NCBI GenBank assembly: GCA_000091165.1
Contig: FP565575.1
Location: forward strand, 1,230,001-1,262,000
Direction: 5' to 3'
DNA length: 32,000 nt
Source of the DNA: Candidatus Methylomirabilis oxygeniifera
GTDB lineage: Bacteria > Methylomirabilota > Methylomirabilia > Methylomirabilales > Methylomirabilaceae
Both the position numbers and the translations under genes were made by a program. The notes under the pieces are model-generated. The model did not search any database and had not been told where the DNA came from. It was given only the letters and a program-made list of their open reading frames with translations. The stretch's first letter is position 1. Every line of letters starts with the position of its first letter. This document shows, in pieces, positions 1-10,009 of the stretch.

Positions 1-841
1 CAATGTCTGCCGGGTTGTGCACTACAGCGATATCGGCACGCCGCAAGGCAGAGATCTTCTCTGTTGCTGTTCCTCTGCCACCCGAGATGATCGCCCCCGC
101 ATGGCCCATACGTCGCTCGGGAGGGGCTGCCAGCCCGGCGACGTATGCGATGACCGGTTTCGTGACGTGCCGCTCAACGAAGGCCGCCGCCTCCTCTTCG
201 GCAGTACCTCCGATCTCGCCGATCATCAGAATCGCCTCGGTCGCCCCATCGTTTTCGAAGAGCGCCAGGCAATCGACGAACGTGGTACCGATGATCGGAT
301 CCCCACCGATTCCGATGCAGGTAGATTGGCCCAGACCCAGGCGCGTAAGCTGATTGACCGCCTCGTAGGTCAGCGTCCCGCTCCTTGAGATCACACCGAC
401 CCTACCGGGTCTGTGGATCCGTCCCGGCATGATCCCCACCTTGGCTTGGTCCGGAGAGATGATCCCGGGGCAGTTCGGCCCAACCAGGCGGGTGTCAGAC
501 CCGTGAAGTATACGGGCCACGCGCACCATATCCAAGATCGGAATCCCCTCCGTGATACACACGACCAGCGGAATCGCCGCATCGATCGCCTCGAGAATTG
601 CGTCAGCGGCGAAGGCGGCAGGAACAAAGATCAAGGCGGTATTCGCATCCTCCTTCTCTACAGCCTCACGTACTGTATCAAAAACCGGAATCCCCTCGTG
701 GGATATACCCCCCTTGCCGGGGGTCACGCCTGCGACTACGCGGGTCCCATACTCGCGACACGCCAAGGCGTGGAACGTGCCCTCCTTGCCGGTGATCCCC
801 TGTACCACCACTCGTGTCTGTCGGTCTACCAGAATACTCAC
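1..841 (-). CDS. sucD: Succinyl-CoA synthetase alpha subunit, 3' part running off the left edge (absent from the ORF track)
   Basis: Manual minus-strand translation from GTG at 841: [45 protein letters not shown]...[10 protein letters not shown]...[24 protein letters not shown]; typical SucD motifs; sits directly downstream of sucC. Confidence 0.95.
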   Translation of the reverse strand, partial: MSILVDRQTRVVVQGITGKEGTFHALACREYGTRVVAGVTPGKGGISHEGIPVFDTVREAVEKEDANTALIFVPAAFAADAILEAIDAAIPLVVCITEGIPILDMVRVARILHGSDTRLVGPNCPGIISPDQAKVGIMPGRIHRPGRVGVISRSGTLTYEAVNQLTRLGLGQSTCIGIGGDPIIGTTFVDCLALFENDGATEAILMIGEIGGTAEEEAAAFVERHVTKPVIAYVAGLAAPPERRMGHAGAIISGGRGTATEKISALRRADIAVVHNPADI

Positions 842-849
842 GCCATATC

Positions 850-2028
850 CTATACCCTGAACCCTATACCCTGTCCGGAGGCCTTCACGGCCTTCTCGGC
901 CGCATCCTGCATCCCTTCTGCGGTGATGAAATTCAGACCGGACTCAGTAAGCATACGCGTACCATGGTCCACATTGGTCCCCTCCATCCGAACTACAATC
1001 GGCATTGTCACCCCGAGGGAGCGAACCGCACGAATCACGCCCTCTGCCAGCCGCTCACACCTCAGGATTCCCCCGAAGATGTTGATAAGGACCACACGTA
1101 CGGATCGGTCTGAGATCAGAATGCGAAACGCCTGTTCGATCTGTTCAGCACTGGCGCCGCCGCCGACATCCAGAAAGTTGGCCGGTTCACCGCCGACAAA
1201 TTTGACGAGATCCATGGTCGCCATCGCCAAGCCGGCTCCGTTGACCATACATCCTACAGTACCGTCGAGCTTGATATAGTTTAGTCCGAACTTGGACGCC
1301 TCTATCTCCAGCGGCAGCTCCTCGTCTGGATCACGGAGCGCCTTCAGATCGGCGTGGCGAAAAAGGGCGTTATCATCGACATTGAGCTTGGCATCCAGGG
1401 CCAACAAGCGACCATCGGTCGTGATCACCAGAGGATTGATCTCGACCAAAGAACAATCTTTCTCCTGAAACACTCGATACAAGGCCGAAAATAGACCGGT
1501 AGCGGTACGTTGAACCTGCTGCGGCAGCGCGAGCCTCAACACAAGGCGGCGAATATGGAAGGACTGAAGTTGAACGGCCGGATCGACGACGACTCTCGTG
1601 ATACTCTCCGGATCCTTCGCGGCCACTTCTTCGATCTCCATCCCGCCGATCGCGCCGGCCATCATCACGGGCCGTGCCGCCCTGCGATCCAGGACGATCC
1701 CGGCGTACAGCTCCCGGCTGACGGCGACTTGTTCCTCGACAAGGATTCTTTTGACCACCCTGCCTTCAGGGCCGGTCTGATGGGTGACCAGGCGGGAACC
1801 GATGAGCCGCTCCGCCAACTCTTCCGCCTCCTGCGGCGACGATGCCGACAGGATCCCGCCACCCTTGCCTCGGCCGCCCGCATGAATCTGGGCCTTCAGC
1901 ACCACAGCGCCGCCAAGCTGCTCGGCAACACGCGCCGCGTCAACGGGCGTCGTGACCGCCTCCCCTTTTGGAACGGGTACCTCGTACGCGCCAAGGATCG
2001 CCTTTGCCTGAAACTCATGGATCTTCAT
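850..2028 (-). CDS. sucC: ADP-forming succinate-CoA ligase beta subunit
   Basis: 392 aa; [25 protein letters not shown]-grasp features, [35 protein letters not shown]; paired with sucD. Confidence 0.97.
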   Translation of the reverse strand: MKIHEFQAKAILGAYEVPVPKGEAVTTPVDAARVAEQLGGAVVLKAQIHAGGRGKGGGILSASSPQEAEELAERLIGSRLVTHQTGPEGRVVKRILVEEQVAVSRELYAGIVLDRRAARPVMMAGAIGGMEIEEVAAKDPESITRVVVDPAVQLQSFHIRRLVLRLALPQQVQRTATGLFSALYRVFQEKDCSLVEINPLVITTDGRLLALDAKLNVDDNALFRHADLKALRDPDEELPLEIEASKFGLNYIKLDGTVGCMVNGAGLAMATMDLVKFVGGEPANFLDVGGGASAEQIEQAFRILISDRSVRVVLINIFGGILRCERLAEGVIRAVRSLGVTMPIVVRMEGTNVDHGTRMLTESGLNFITAEGMQDAAEKAVKASGQGIGFRV

Positions 2029-2320
2029 GACTTACCTTCACTGCAACCTCTTCTACGGATGCCGTCCCTTCACCGAAGTCGAAAGGTCTTAACGAGTATC
2101 CGGTGAAAACGAGGAGTGGTCAGCGACGACTGCATAGCGTGAGCGTCACTGCCATCCTTGGTGTGCCGAACGGTTATCATAATCTCAACATCTTGTTTGT
2201 CAAGGTCCAAAATTGGTTTTAGTCTTGACACGCTTTGATACACCGTGCTAAAGGAATGGCGTATATGCGTCTTCGAAAAACAGTAGATGGCATCACAGTT
2301 GTGATTCAAAGCGCCTGAGC

Positions 2321-5263
2321 ATGATGCGACCCGCGACGGCACATCCGGCTGGGCGACCCATCTCCCCTCCATCCACCCACGAGGTTGATCAGTTCGTCGA
2401 CGAGTTGCGTCGAGGGTACGCGACTCGCGGACACCCCGTCCATCTCAAACAGATCCCTTCAAAATCCCCAAGCTATGCGGATCTGTCCGATCCTCTGCCC
2501 GGACCGCTTCTGGACACCCTACGGAAGATCGGAGTCGACCAACTCTATACGCACCAGTGTGCTGCCATCGCGGCAGCTCGTACCGGTAAGCATCCGCTGG
2601 TCGTCACGTCCACCGCCTCCGGCAAGAGCTTGACCTATCTCTTGCCGATTCTTGAGCACCTCCTGACTGATCGTTCAGCTCGAGCCCTGCTGTTGTTTCC
2701 GATCAAGGCGCTGGAGCAGGATCAACTGAAGATGTTGCACACCCTGATTCCTCCTGGTCAAGGGATCGACGCCGCCATACTGGACGGGGACACGCCTGTA
2801 TCCCGGCGAGCGAAGCTCCGGGACAATCCCCCGCAACTGCTGCTGAGCAACCCCGATATGCTCCACCTGTCGCTGCTACCCTACCACGCCCAGTGGCGCG
2901 AGTTCTGGCGCAACCTTCGCTATGTCGTGCTCGACGAACTGCACACCTATCGCGGGGTCTTCGGCTCGCACATCGCCCATGTCCTGCGACGACTTCGTCG
3001 GGTGGCGGCGGCCTACGGAGCACATCCGCAGTTTATCGCATGCTCGGCAACGATCGCAAATCCCCTCGCGCTGTCAGAACAACTCACGAGCCTCCCATTT
3101 CACCTGATCGAAGCGGATGGGGCCCCACAGCAGGGCAAACGTTTCCTTCTGATCAATCCGGTCGCCAGCCCCTATACCGAGGCGACCGATCTGCTGCTCC
3201 GCTGCCTCCGGAAGGGGTTGAAGACTATCGCCTTCGCCAAGGCTCGGAAGATCGCCGAGTTGATCGCCATGTGGGCGCGACAAGCCGATCAGACACTTGG
3301 CGGCAGGCTTGCCGCCTATCGAGCGGGTTTTACGGCCGACGAACGCCGGGCCATCGAGCGAGGACTGTTCAGCGAGCAACTGGCGGGGGTCGTTACCACG
3401 TCAGCCCTGGAGCTCGGGATTGACGTGGGCGGGTTGGATGCCTGCCTCCTCGTCGGCTATCCCGGCAGTATCACCAGCACCTGGCAACGGGGCGGTCGGG
3501 TCGGTCGCGGCCGCCGGGAGGCGCTGATCATCCTGGTCGCGCTTCCAGACGCCCTTGATCAGTACTTTTTCCGCCATCCTGACGACTTCTTCAGTCGTCC
3601 CTACGAAGCGGCCATCGTCGATCCCGGCAATCACCAGATTCTCGCGGCACATCTTGTGGCGACAGCCTCGGAAATGCCGCTGCGAACAGACGATTCGTTC
3701 TATGCCGCTGAACAAGACCTCATCCGGTCCCTCCACGATCAGGGCAGATTGCTCTTATCGGCGGATGGAACCGAGTGGTACGCCCGCGAGCGTCACCCCC
3801 AGCGTCGAATCAATATCCGCTCCATGGGAGAGGCCTGTGCGATCCTTGACCAGACCGGACGGGCCATCGGCACCATCGACGGGATACGAGCCATACACGA
3901 GTGCCATCCGGGGGCCATCTATCTGCACCAGGGGCAGCAGTACGAGAGTATGAGCCTGGACCTGATTCAGCACAAGGTCCACGCCAGGCCGGTCACTGTT
4001 GATTACTACACCGCGCCACTTGCCGAAAAGGACACGGAAGTCCTCGAAATCCTGGAATCCAGGAACCACCAGGGGATCCCCTACCACCTGGGCCGACTGA
4101 AAGTTACCGAGCGGGTGCTTGGCTACGAGCGCAGGCGGATCTTCGGCCAGGATAAGATCGGATCGTACCAGTTGGAATTGCCGCCTCAGACCTTTGAGAC
4201 CGTCGGCCTCTGGTTTGAGATACCTGATGGGTTGAAGGCGACCGTTGAGGAGGCAGGATCGCACTTTATGGGGAGCATTCATGCGATAGAGCACGCCATG
4301 ATCGGCCTCTTCCCGCTTTACGCCCTCTGTGACCGTTCGGACATCGGCGGGATCTCGTACCCGATCCACCCGCAGGTCGCTCGCGCCGCTGTTTTCATCT
4401 ATGACGGCTACCCCGGCGGGATCGGTCTGACCGAGCGCGGCTTCCAGGTTCTGCCGGAGCTGTTCCTCAAGACACGACAACTCCTGGAAGAGTGCCCATG
4501 CGAATCCGGATGCCCCTCGTGCGTCCACTCACCGAAATGCGGATCGGGCAACAAGCCGCTTGATAAGCAGGGCGCGCACCTGACCCTTCAGGGCCTACTC
4601 GGGGAGACGCCGCGGACCGATACCAGGCAGCCCTCCCGTCCGTCGTCTTCAGCGCTGTCAGCCCCGAAGGAAAAAGAGGAGTCGGAGACCGTTGATGCGA
4701 TACCCCATGCGATCGTCTTTGATCTTGAGACGCAGCGGAGCGCCGAGGATGTCGGCGGCTGGGAACACCGGCATCGGATGGGTCTCGCGGTCGGCGTCGT
4801 CTACGACCTTGATCGCGCTGAGTTCCGCGTCTACACTGAGCGGCAGGTGGATGCCCTCATCAACGACTTGGTCCGTGCGCGCCTGATTGTCGGGTTTAAC
4901 GTCCGGCGGTTCGACTTTGATGTATTGCGGGCCTACGCCGACCTTGATTGGAACGCCCTGCCCGCCCTGGACATCCTCGAGTGTATCCACCGACGGCTGG
5001 GGTTTCGACTGAAACTGGACCATCTGGCCCAAGAAACCCTTGGGGAACGGAAGTCGGCCGATGGACTGCAGAGTCTGGCCTGGTTCAAGGCAGGAGAGAT
5101 CGAGCGGGTCATCGAATACTGCAAACAGGATGTCCTCCTGACAAAGCGGCTCTACGATTTCGGTCGGCAGCACGGATATCTATTGTACCGGGACAACCAG
5201 GGACGAGCGGTCCGACTTCCGGTCGACTTCGATGAAAATCTGTTTTCGCGGCAATCCAGGTAG
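2321..5263 (+). CDS. DEAD/DEAH-box helicase of the YprA/MrfA type with Cys-rich DUF1998-like region, fused to a C-terminal DnaQ-like (YprB/MrfB-like) exonuclease domain
   Basis: Helicase: TSTASGKSLTYLLPILEHL, DELHTYRGVFGSHIAHVLRRLRR, SATIANP, GGRVGRGRR; Cys cluster CPCESGCPSCVHSPKCGSGNKPLDK; C-term DnaQ motifs FDLET, GFNVRRFDFDVL, YCKQDVLLTKRLY. Confidence 0.9.
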   Translation: MMRPATAHPAGRPISPPSTHEVDQFVDELRRGYATRGHPVHLKQIPSKSPSYADLSDPLPGPLLDTLRKIGVDQLYTHQCAAIAAARTGKHPLVVTSTASGKSLTYLLPILEHLLTDRSARALLLFPIKALEQDQLKMLHTLIPPGQGIDAAILDGDTPVSRRAKLRDNPPQLLLSNPDMLHLSLLPYHAQWREFWRNLRYVVLDELHTYRGVFGSHIAHVLRRLRRVAAAYGAHPQFIACSATIANPLALSEQLTSLPFHLIEADGAPQQGKRFLLINPVASPYTEATDLLLRCLRKGLKTIAFAKARKIAELIAMWARQADQTLGGRLAAYRAGFTADERRAIERGLFSEQLAGVVTTSALELGIDVGGLDACLLVGYPGSITSTWQRGGRVGRGRREALIILVALPDALDQYFFRHPDDFFSRPYEAAIVDPGNHQILAAHLVATASEMPLRTDDSFYAAEQDLIRSLHDQGRLLLSADGTEWYARERHPQRRINIRSMGEACAILDQTGRAIGTIDGIRAIHECHPGAIYLHQGQQYESMSLDLIQHKVHARPVTVDYYTAPLAEKDTEVLEILESRNHQGIPYHLGRLKVTERVLGYERRRIFGQDKIGSYQLELPPQTFETVGLWFEIPDGLKATVEEAGSHFMGSIHAIEHAMIGLFPLYALCDRSDIGGISYPIHPQVARAAVFIYDGYPGGIGLTERGFQVLPELFLKTRQLLEECPCESGCPSCVHSPKCGSGNKPLDKQGAHLTLQGLLGETPRTDTRQPSRPSSSALSAPKEKEESETVDAIPHAIVFDLETQRSAEDVGGWEHRHRMGLAVGVVYDLDRAEFRVYTERQVDALINDLVRARLIVGFNVRRFDFDVLRAYADLDWNALPALDILECIHRRLGFRLKLDHLAQETLGERKSADGLQSLAWFKAGEIERVIEYCKQDVLLTKRLYDFGRQHGYLLYRDNQGRAVRLPVDFDENLFSRQSR

Positions 5264-5322
5264 AGTATAATGCAGTGCTGTTGACGGGACATTGAACGAA
5301 GAGAAGTGTATTGGAGGAGTGA

Positions 5323-5946
5323 ATGGTCGCCTTAGATTATAAGCAGATCACGCGTGCCTATGCCATCTTGTCCCCCATGTACGACCTTCTGTTCGACAAG
5401 ATCTTTCATCCGGGACGGGTCGCGGCGATACCGCTTCTTGGGATCAAACCAAACGACCTTGTCCTTGAGGTGGGGATCGGTACAGGATTAAACCTTCCAC
5501 TCTACCCGCAGGATTGCCACCTTGTTGGCATTGATCTCTCCTCGGAGATGCTGAGCAAGGCCAGAGAGAAGGTACGAGAATATGGGATGAATAACGTGAC
5601 CATTAAAGAGATGGACGCGTCGAAACTGGAGTTCCCGGACGAACACTTCGATCATGTGCTGGCCACGTACGTCATCAGCGCCGTTCCAGAGCCGGTTCAG
5701 GTTCTCCGAGAGATTAAGCGAGTGTGTAAAAAGAAAGGGCATATCGTCATTCTGAACCACTTTAAGAGCGAGAACCCGGTTGTCGGCACCCTGGAAGAGC
5801 TGGTCGCCCCACTGTGTACCAGGCTTGGGTTCAAAACCGACCTGAGGCTTATGCCCGTCCTGAAGGAAGCACAGCTCACCCCCGAGCAGTTGCACCGCGT
5901 CAATCTTCTGAACGGCTGGCGCCTGGTCCGCTGTCTGAATGAATAA
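5323..5946 (+). CDS. Class I SAM-dependent methyltransferase, PmtA-like phospholipid N-methyltransferase
   Basis: Motif I VLEVGIGTGLNLPLYP, GIDLSSEMLSKAREK, YVISAVPEPVQVLREIKRVCKKKGHIVILNHF. Confidence 0.8.
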   Translation: MVALDYKQITRAYAILSPMYDLLFDKIFHPGRVAAIPLLGIKPNDLVLEVGIGTGLNLPLYPQDCHLVGIDLSSEMLSKAREKVREYGMNNVTIKEMDASKLEFPDEHFDHVLATYVISAVPEPVQVLREIKRVCKKKGHIVILNHFKSENPVVGTLEELVAPLCTRLGFKTDLRLMPVLKEAQLTPEQLHRVNLLNGWRLVRCLNE

Positions 5947-6481
5947 ACTGCGGCAATCTCCCGCACCACGTCCGGCACTGATGCTCGCCTCACTTCTGGC
6001 CGGTCTACTCCTCGTCCCCTGGACTGTTGTCCGAGCTGAACAGATCAAGGACTTGTACGAAATGGAGGTGCTGGGCGTGGCCGCCGCTCCGGGAGGTGAC
6101 CTGGCTATCGGCCAGGCAGGCCAGACGGCCATACTCCTGCGCAGTAAAGAGGCAAAGCGCGAACTTACGCTTTTCGTCGGACCTTTTGAGGCCCAAAGTA
6201 TCGCGGTTCCTCTACAGCAGATGAAACCTCTCCGCCCTTTGACTCACGATCTCACCCTTTCCCTCTTAGCGGCCTTTCGCTCGCATTTAGGGAGGGTCAT
6301 TATCAGCGATTTTAAGGACAATACCTATTACGCCACCCTCTATATCGAGACCGACGGCAAAGAGATGACGGTCGACAGCCGACCCAGTGATGCTATTGCC
6401 CTCGCGTTGCGGGCCGGCGCCCCAATCTACGCCAGCAGCAAGGCGCTGGATGGTGCGAGCACGAACCGGCCGCCGAGATGA
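5939..6481 (+). CDS. Exported DUF151 / bifunctional nuclease (BFN) family protein
   Basis: N-terminal hydrophobic signal PALMLASLLAGLLLVPWTVVRA followed by DUF151-like core ending SRPSDAIALALRAGAPIYAS; start overlaps the end of the preceding gene. Confidence 0.82.
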   Translation: MNKLRQSPAPRPALMLASLLAGLLLVPWTVVRAEQIKDLYEMEVLGVAAAPGGDLAIGQAGQTAILLRSKEAKRELTLFVGPFEAQSIAVPLQQMKPLRPLTHDLTLSLLAAFRSHLGRVIISDFKDNTYYATLYIETDGKEMTVDSRPSDAIALALRAGAPIYASSKALDGASTNRPPR

Positions 6482-6607
6482 TCTTTCACCCTAAGACAGC
6501 GATCAGCTTTCAGCGGTCAGCTCTACTGATGTATCGCTTGGTTTCTCCGAGGCTGATGGCTGTTTGCTGAGAGCTGAACGCTATCTGTTCTCCAAGGTGC
6601 CTCCCAA

Positions 6608-7486
6608 GTGAAACCGATCGATCCTCTACTCCGGCAGATCGTAGAAGCGGTCTCGGAACGCGGGATACGGACACACCTCGAACAACTCGTTGAACCACGG
6701 GATCCGTTTGAGGGGCATGCCAGCATGGAAGCCGCTGCGGACACTATTGCGGAAACCCTCAGAGGATTTGACCTCCAGTTCGTCGAAGAGCGTTTCAGGT
6801 GCGAGGGCCGCTGGTACCGGAATCTGATCGCGTTGCACCAGGGTTCGTCCCGTAATGGACAGGTGTTGATTGTCGCCCACTACGACACCGTACCGAATAG
6901 CCCTGGGGCCGACGATAATGCCAGTGGAGTGGCCGGTCTACTCGAGGTAGCCGGAACCCTGGCCCGCCACCGATTCACACACGACCTGCTCTTTATCGCC
7001 TTCCCCCTCGAAGAGTACGGCAATCCAGGCAGCGTGCACTATGTGGAGCAGGCCATGGCCAGTGGCGCGCCGATTGCCGGCGTATTCGACCTGGAGATGA
7101 TCGGCTATACCGGCCCGACCCAGGCCGCACCTCCCGGTATCCAGGCCCCGACGATGGGGGATTTTATCGGCGTAGTGGGCAATCGACGATCGGAAGGGCT
7201 TGTTGCGCTCTTCAAAGAAGCAGCGGTCCTGGTTGCCCCTTCGCTGCCTGTACAGGGCTTAGTTGTAGAGGGAAACGGAGAGCATGTACCGTTCGTACGC
7301 CAGAGTGATCATGCGCCATTCTGGGACGCCGGATATCCGGCTGTCATGATCACCGACACCGCCTTCCTGCGTAACCCACATTACCACTTACCGACAGACA
7401 CCCTCGACACGCTGAATCTTCGTTTTCTCCGGCAGGTGGCTGCAACGACAGCGGCGTCGGCTGCTTTACTGGCCGACTTCACCTGA
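6608..7486 (+). CDS. M28 family zinc peptidase
   Basis: VLIVAHYDTVPNSPGADDNASGVAGLLEVA, FPLEEYGNPGSVHY, QSDHAPFWDAGYPAVMITDTAFLRNPHYHLPTDT. Confidence 0.9.
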   Translation: MKPIDPLLRQIVEAVSERGIRTHLEQLVEPRDPFEGHASMEAAADTIAETLRGFDLQFVEERFRCEGRWYRNLIALHQGSSRNGQVLIVAHYDTVPNSPGADDNASGVAGLLEVAGTLARHRFTHDLLFIAFPLEEYGNPGSVHYVEQAMASGAPIAGVFDLEMIGYTGPTQAAPPGIQAPTMGDFIGVVGNRRSEGLVALFKEAAVLVAPSLPVQGLVVEGNGEHVPFVRQSDHAPFWDAGYPAVMITDTAFLRNPHYHLPTDTLDTLNLRFLRQVAATTAASAALLADFT

Positions 7487-7497
7487 AATCGGACCCA

Positions 7498-7731
7498 CTA
7501 CACAGGTTCGACCACCAAGCTGGTGGTGGTCCGCGTCACGGCTGGCAGCGCCTGAACATGATTCACCGTATCCCACAGGGTGCTGAGATCCGGGGCCTCG
7601 ATAAAGGCAACGACATCGATGTTGCCGGTGACGATGTGTGCAAATTTCACCATTTGTAGTTCCCCGATCGTATCTGCCACCTCTTGCTCCCTGGCCTTGC
7701 TCGTCCTGATGAAGACATAGGCGTGAACCAT
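7498..7731 (-). CDS. Stand-alone Lrp/AsnC ligand-binding (RAM) domain protein
   Basis: MVHAYVFIRTSKAREQEVADTIGELQMVKFAHIVTGNIDVVAFIEAPDLSTLWDTVNHVQALPAVTRTTTSLVV; internal ATG at 7731 chosen over the track start at 7767. Confidence 0.82.
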   Translation of the reverse strand: MVHAYVFIRTSKAREQEVADTIGELQMVKFAHIVTGNIDVVAFIEAPDLSTLWDTVNHVQALPAVTRTTTSLVVEPV

Positions 7732-7964
7732 CGATCCCCCTCCAACGCAACCATCAGATCGGACCACTAAACGCGAAGCCTCAATGAAGCATCAAATGGA
7801 TCAGAAAGACTGTGCGGAACGTGCTACATACAGTGTGAGTGTATGGATGATGCGGCGCGGCCAGGGTGTTCATCGTAGTGTGCAGCCGACCGGCGACCCT
7901 TCAAAATTCGGTTGCCGCATGTTACTATAAAGGTAGTTGCGCGTAGTGTACCATATGAGGGGAG

Positions 7965-8288
7965 GTGGATAAGATGAAAATTGCAAAGAGGAGCGTCGCT
8001 GCCCTGGTGATCGGGACCCTGCTCGTGACCAGTCTTTTCCTTCTTGCGGCGGACCCTGCATCGGCGAGGACGAATTTTCACTTCGGTCTGAATCTGGGGG
8101 TGCCCCTGACACCCTATCCCGGATATGGGTATATGTATCCCTATCCGCCCCCCGTCCGCTATGCGCCGCATCCGTACTACCGTGCCTATCCCCCTTGCGC
8201 GCGGGTCTGGATCCCCGGGTACTATGATAGTTATGGCAACTGGGTCTTCGGGTACTATCAGTACGATTGTGGGTACTACGGTTATTAA
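7965..8288 (+). CDS. Small secreted Tyr/Pro/Gly-rich protein
   Basis: Signal peptide VAALVIGTLLVTSLFLLAADPASA then YPGYGYMYPYPPPVRYAPHPYYRAY; good RBS (ggaggtgg) upstream. Confidence 0.75.
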   Translation: MDKMKIAKRSVAALVIGTLLVTSLFLLAADPASARTNFHFGLNLGVPLTPYPGYGYMYPYPPPVRYAPHPYYRAYPPCARVWIPGYYDSYGNWVFGYYQYDCGYYGY

Positions 8289-8364
8289 GCTTGGTAGGTT
8301 GCGCGACCATTTGACGATGTGTCACTCAACAGCTCTATCGTAAACGGATAACCGGGAGATCGCT

Positions 8365-8892
8365 GTGAAACGTGCGCTGACGTTTGTTGTATTGGCAATT
8401 GCCCTTTCGGGATGCGCCAGCCTTGCAGTTCGTCCCTGTGATTCGATCGCAACCCGCGATTCGAAGTATGCCGCACGGTTCTTTCTCGGAATCATTACCC
8501 TCGGCATTTCCGAGGCGGGCATTCAGCATGAGCAGTTTCTCGAGGCCAGCGAGGGATGGCGATTCTGCTCCCCACGGGTTGCCTGGCAGGGTCCGCCACA
8601 GGCCATGGGTACGCCCAGAACGCCTGGGACATTGATCAATGTTACCAAATGGACGGTCAACGTCTATCTGGACGTTGACCCGGCCAGTGCCGGAATTCCA
8701 CCCCTTTTCACGCTTCGACCAGGCGAATCACGTCAACTTGCCCTGGCGCCTGGGCCTCACCGGATCGTTGCCAGACCGACCGTGGAGACTGTCGGCGGGA
8801 CGGCGCCCTCCGAACGGTACGATCGGCAGATCCAGATCGACCCACGAGATCGAAGCTTTCGCCTTCAACTTTCCGAAGGAGAGTTCAAGTAG
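8365..8892 (+). CDS. Hypothetical lipoprotein
   Basis: GTG start; lipobox LAIALSGCASL; 175 aa. Confidence 0.75.
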   Translation: MKRALTFVVLAIALSGCASLAVRPCDSIATRDSKYAARFFLGIITLGISEAGIQHEQFLEASEGWRFCSPRVAWQGPPQAMGTPRTPGTLINVTKWTVNVYLDVDPASAGIPPLFTLRPGESRQLALAPGPHRIVARPTVETVGGTAPSERYDRQIQIDPRDRSFRLQLSEGEFK

Positions 8893-8967
8893 TTCTCATT
8901 CAGTTTCGCACGGAAGCGAACAGCGTGATGTGCGGCGAGATGACGTCGCAATTATAGAGGAGGAATA

Positions 8968-9585
8968 ATGAACCTCTGGCGAGCCGTTCCGCAAATGATT
9001 GGGAGCACCCTGATCCTCCTGCTGATCGTCACGGCACCCGTCGGCTTTGCTCAAGCCGGCAGTAGAGGCGGCGGAGGGGGCCGCGCCGGTGGCGTTGGGG
9101 GCGGAGCCGTGATCGGCGGAGGTCGGGGCTCCGGATCGGTGGGTGGTGGGGTTCGAGGGGGCGTGCCCGGCGGTGGCGGACGTGACTATCCATCACATGG
9201 TCGGACATACGGCGACCATCCCCGTCATGACCGTGGTGACCGTTTCTTCTTCGGCTTCAGTGGCGCGTATGCTCCGGCCTGGTGGTGGTACGACCCTTAC
9301 TACTATTGGGGTGCATCGCCCTACTATTACAATCCGTATTATTACGGCTATCCGTATTTCGGAACCTATTACTACGGCTACCCGTACTACTATGGGTCAG
9401 ATCCGTGTGCCTCCCAAGATCCGACCTACGCCCCGTACTGTCCGCCTCCAACCGACTACCCCTATGACCCCGGCTACGGCGTCCCGCCTGTCACCTATCC
9501 GCTACCGGCACCGCCTGGAGGTGAGTCTCAGCCGTCGACGTCTCCCGACCAACCGACATCTCCGACGAGCGGCCAGACTCCTTAG
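8968..9585 (+). CDS. Exported low-complexity protein, Gly-rich N-terminal half and Tyr/Pro-rich C-terminal half
   Basis: Signal peptide ILLLIVTAPVGFAQA; GGGGGRAGGVGGG; WWWYDPYYYWGASPYYYNPYYYGYPYFGTYYYGYPYYYG; gaggagg RBS. Confidence 0.75.
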   Translation: MNLWRAVPQMIGSTLILLLIVTAPVGFAQAGSRGGGGGRAGGVGGGAVIGGGRGSGSVGGGVRGGVPGGGGRDYPSHGRTYGDHPRHDRGDRFFFGFSGAYAPAWWWYDPYYYWGASPYYYNPYYYGYPYFGTYYYGYPYYYGSDPCASQDPTYAPYCPPPTDYPYDPGYGVPPVTYPLPAPPGGESQPSTSPDQPTSPTSGQTP

Positions 9586-9640
9586 TCGACATCGTGGGGT
9601 TCCATCACAAGTCCAGAAGTCCTTTGATCGATTAATCCTC

Positions 9641-10009
9641 TCAATCAGCCAAGTCGGTCTTCCCGGCTTCGAAGGGGTATGGCGGTTGGTAAATGGGACG
9701 ATAGCCGTCCGGGATCGGAAATGGGAACGTGACGATCTCATAGACCCCAGTGAGCGCTCGAGCGATCCCCCAGCTCAATCCCTCGAGAATCCCGACCGTG
9801 AAGCCGTACAACGGTCCGTCCTCAAGGGTACCGTAATACACGGTTTTCGGTACTTCAAGTACCACACCAAGTCCGGCATTCACCGCCCCGCGGGCCGCCT
9901 TCTGAGCCACCTGACCGGCAGCAGGTTCGTCCCCTGCAAACGCCACGGTTGCCGAATGATTTGCCAGCACCACCAACATCAATGCCACTGCCCAGGTGCG
10001 TGTCTTCAT
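9641..10009 (-). CDS. Exosortase system-associated protein, TIGR04073-like
   Basis: From internal ATG: MKTRTWAVALMLVVLANHSATVAFAGD...LEVPKTVYYGT...GILEGLSWGIARALTGVYEIVTFPFPIPDGYRPIYQPPYPFE; the track start at 10060 lies inside a repeat. Confidence 0.7.
   Translation of the reverse strand: MKTRTWAVALMLVVLANHSATVAFAGDEPAAGQVAQKAARGAVNAGLGVVLEVPKTVYYGTLEDGPLYGFTVGILEGLSWGIARALTGVYEIVTFPFPIPDGYRPIYQPPYPFEAGKTDLAD

Noticed and set aside
413-1279. 288-aa plus-strand ORF and neighbouring plus-strand ORFs 3..353, 17..388
   Set aside because: Antisense shadow of sucC/sucD; no domain features
3755-4528. 257-aa minus-strand ORF
   Set aside because: Antisense to the helicase ORF with strong motifs; GC-rich shadow ORF
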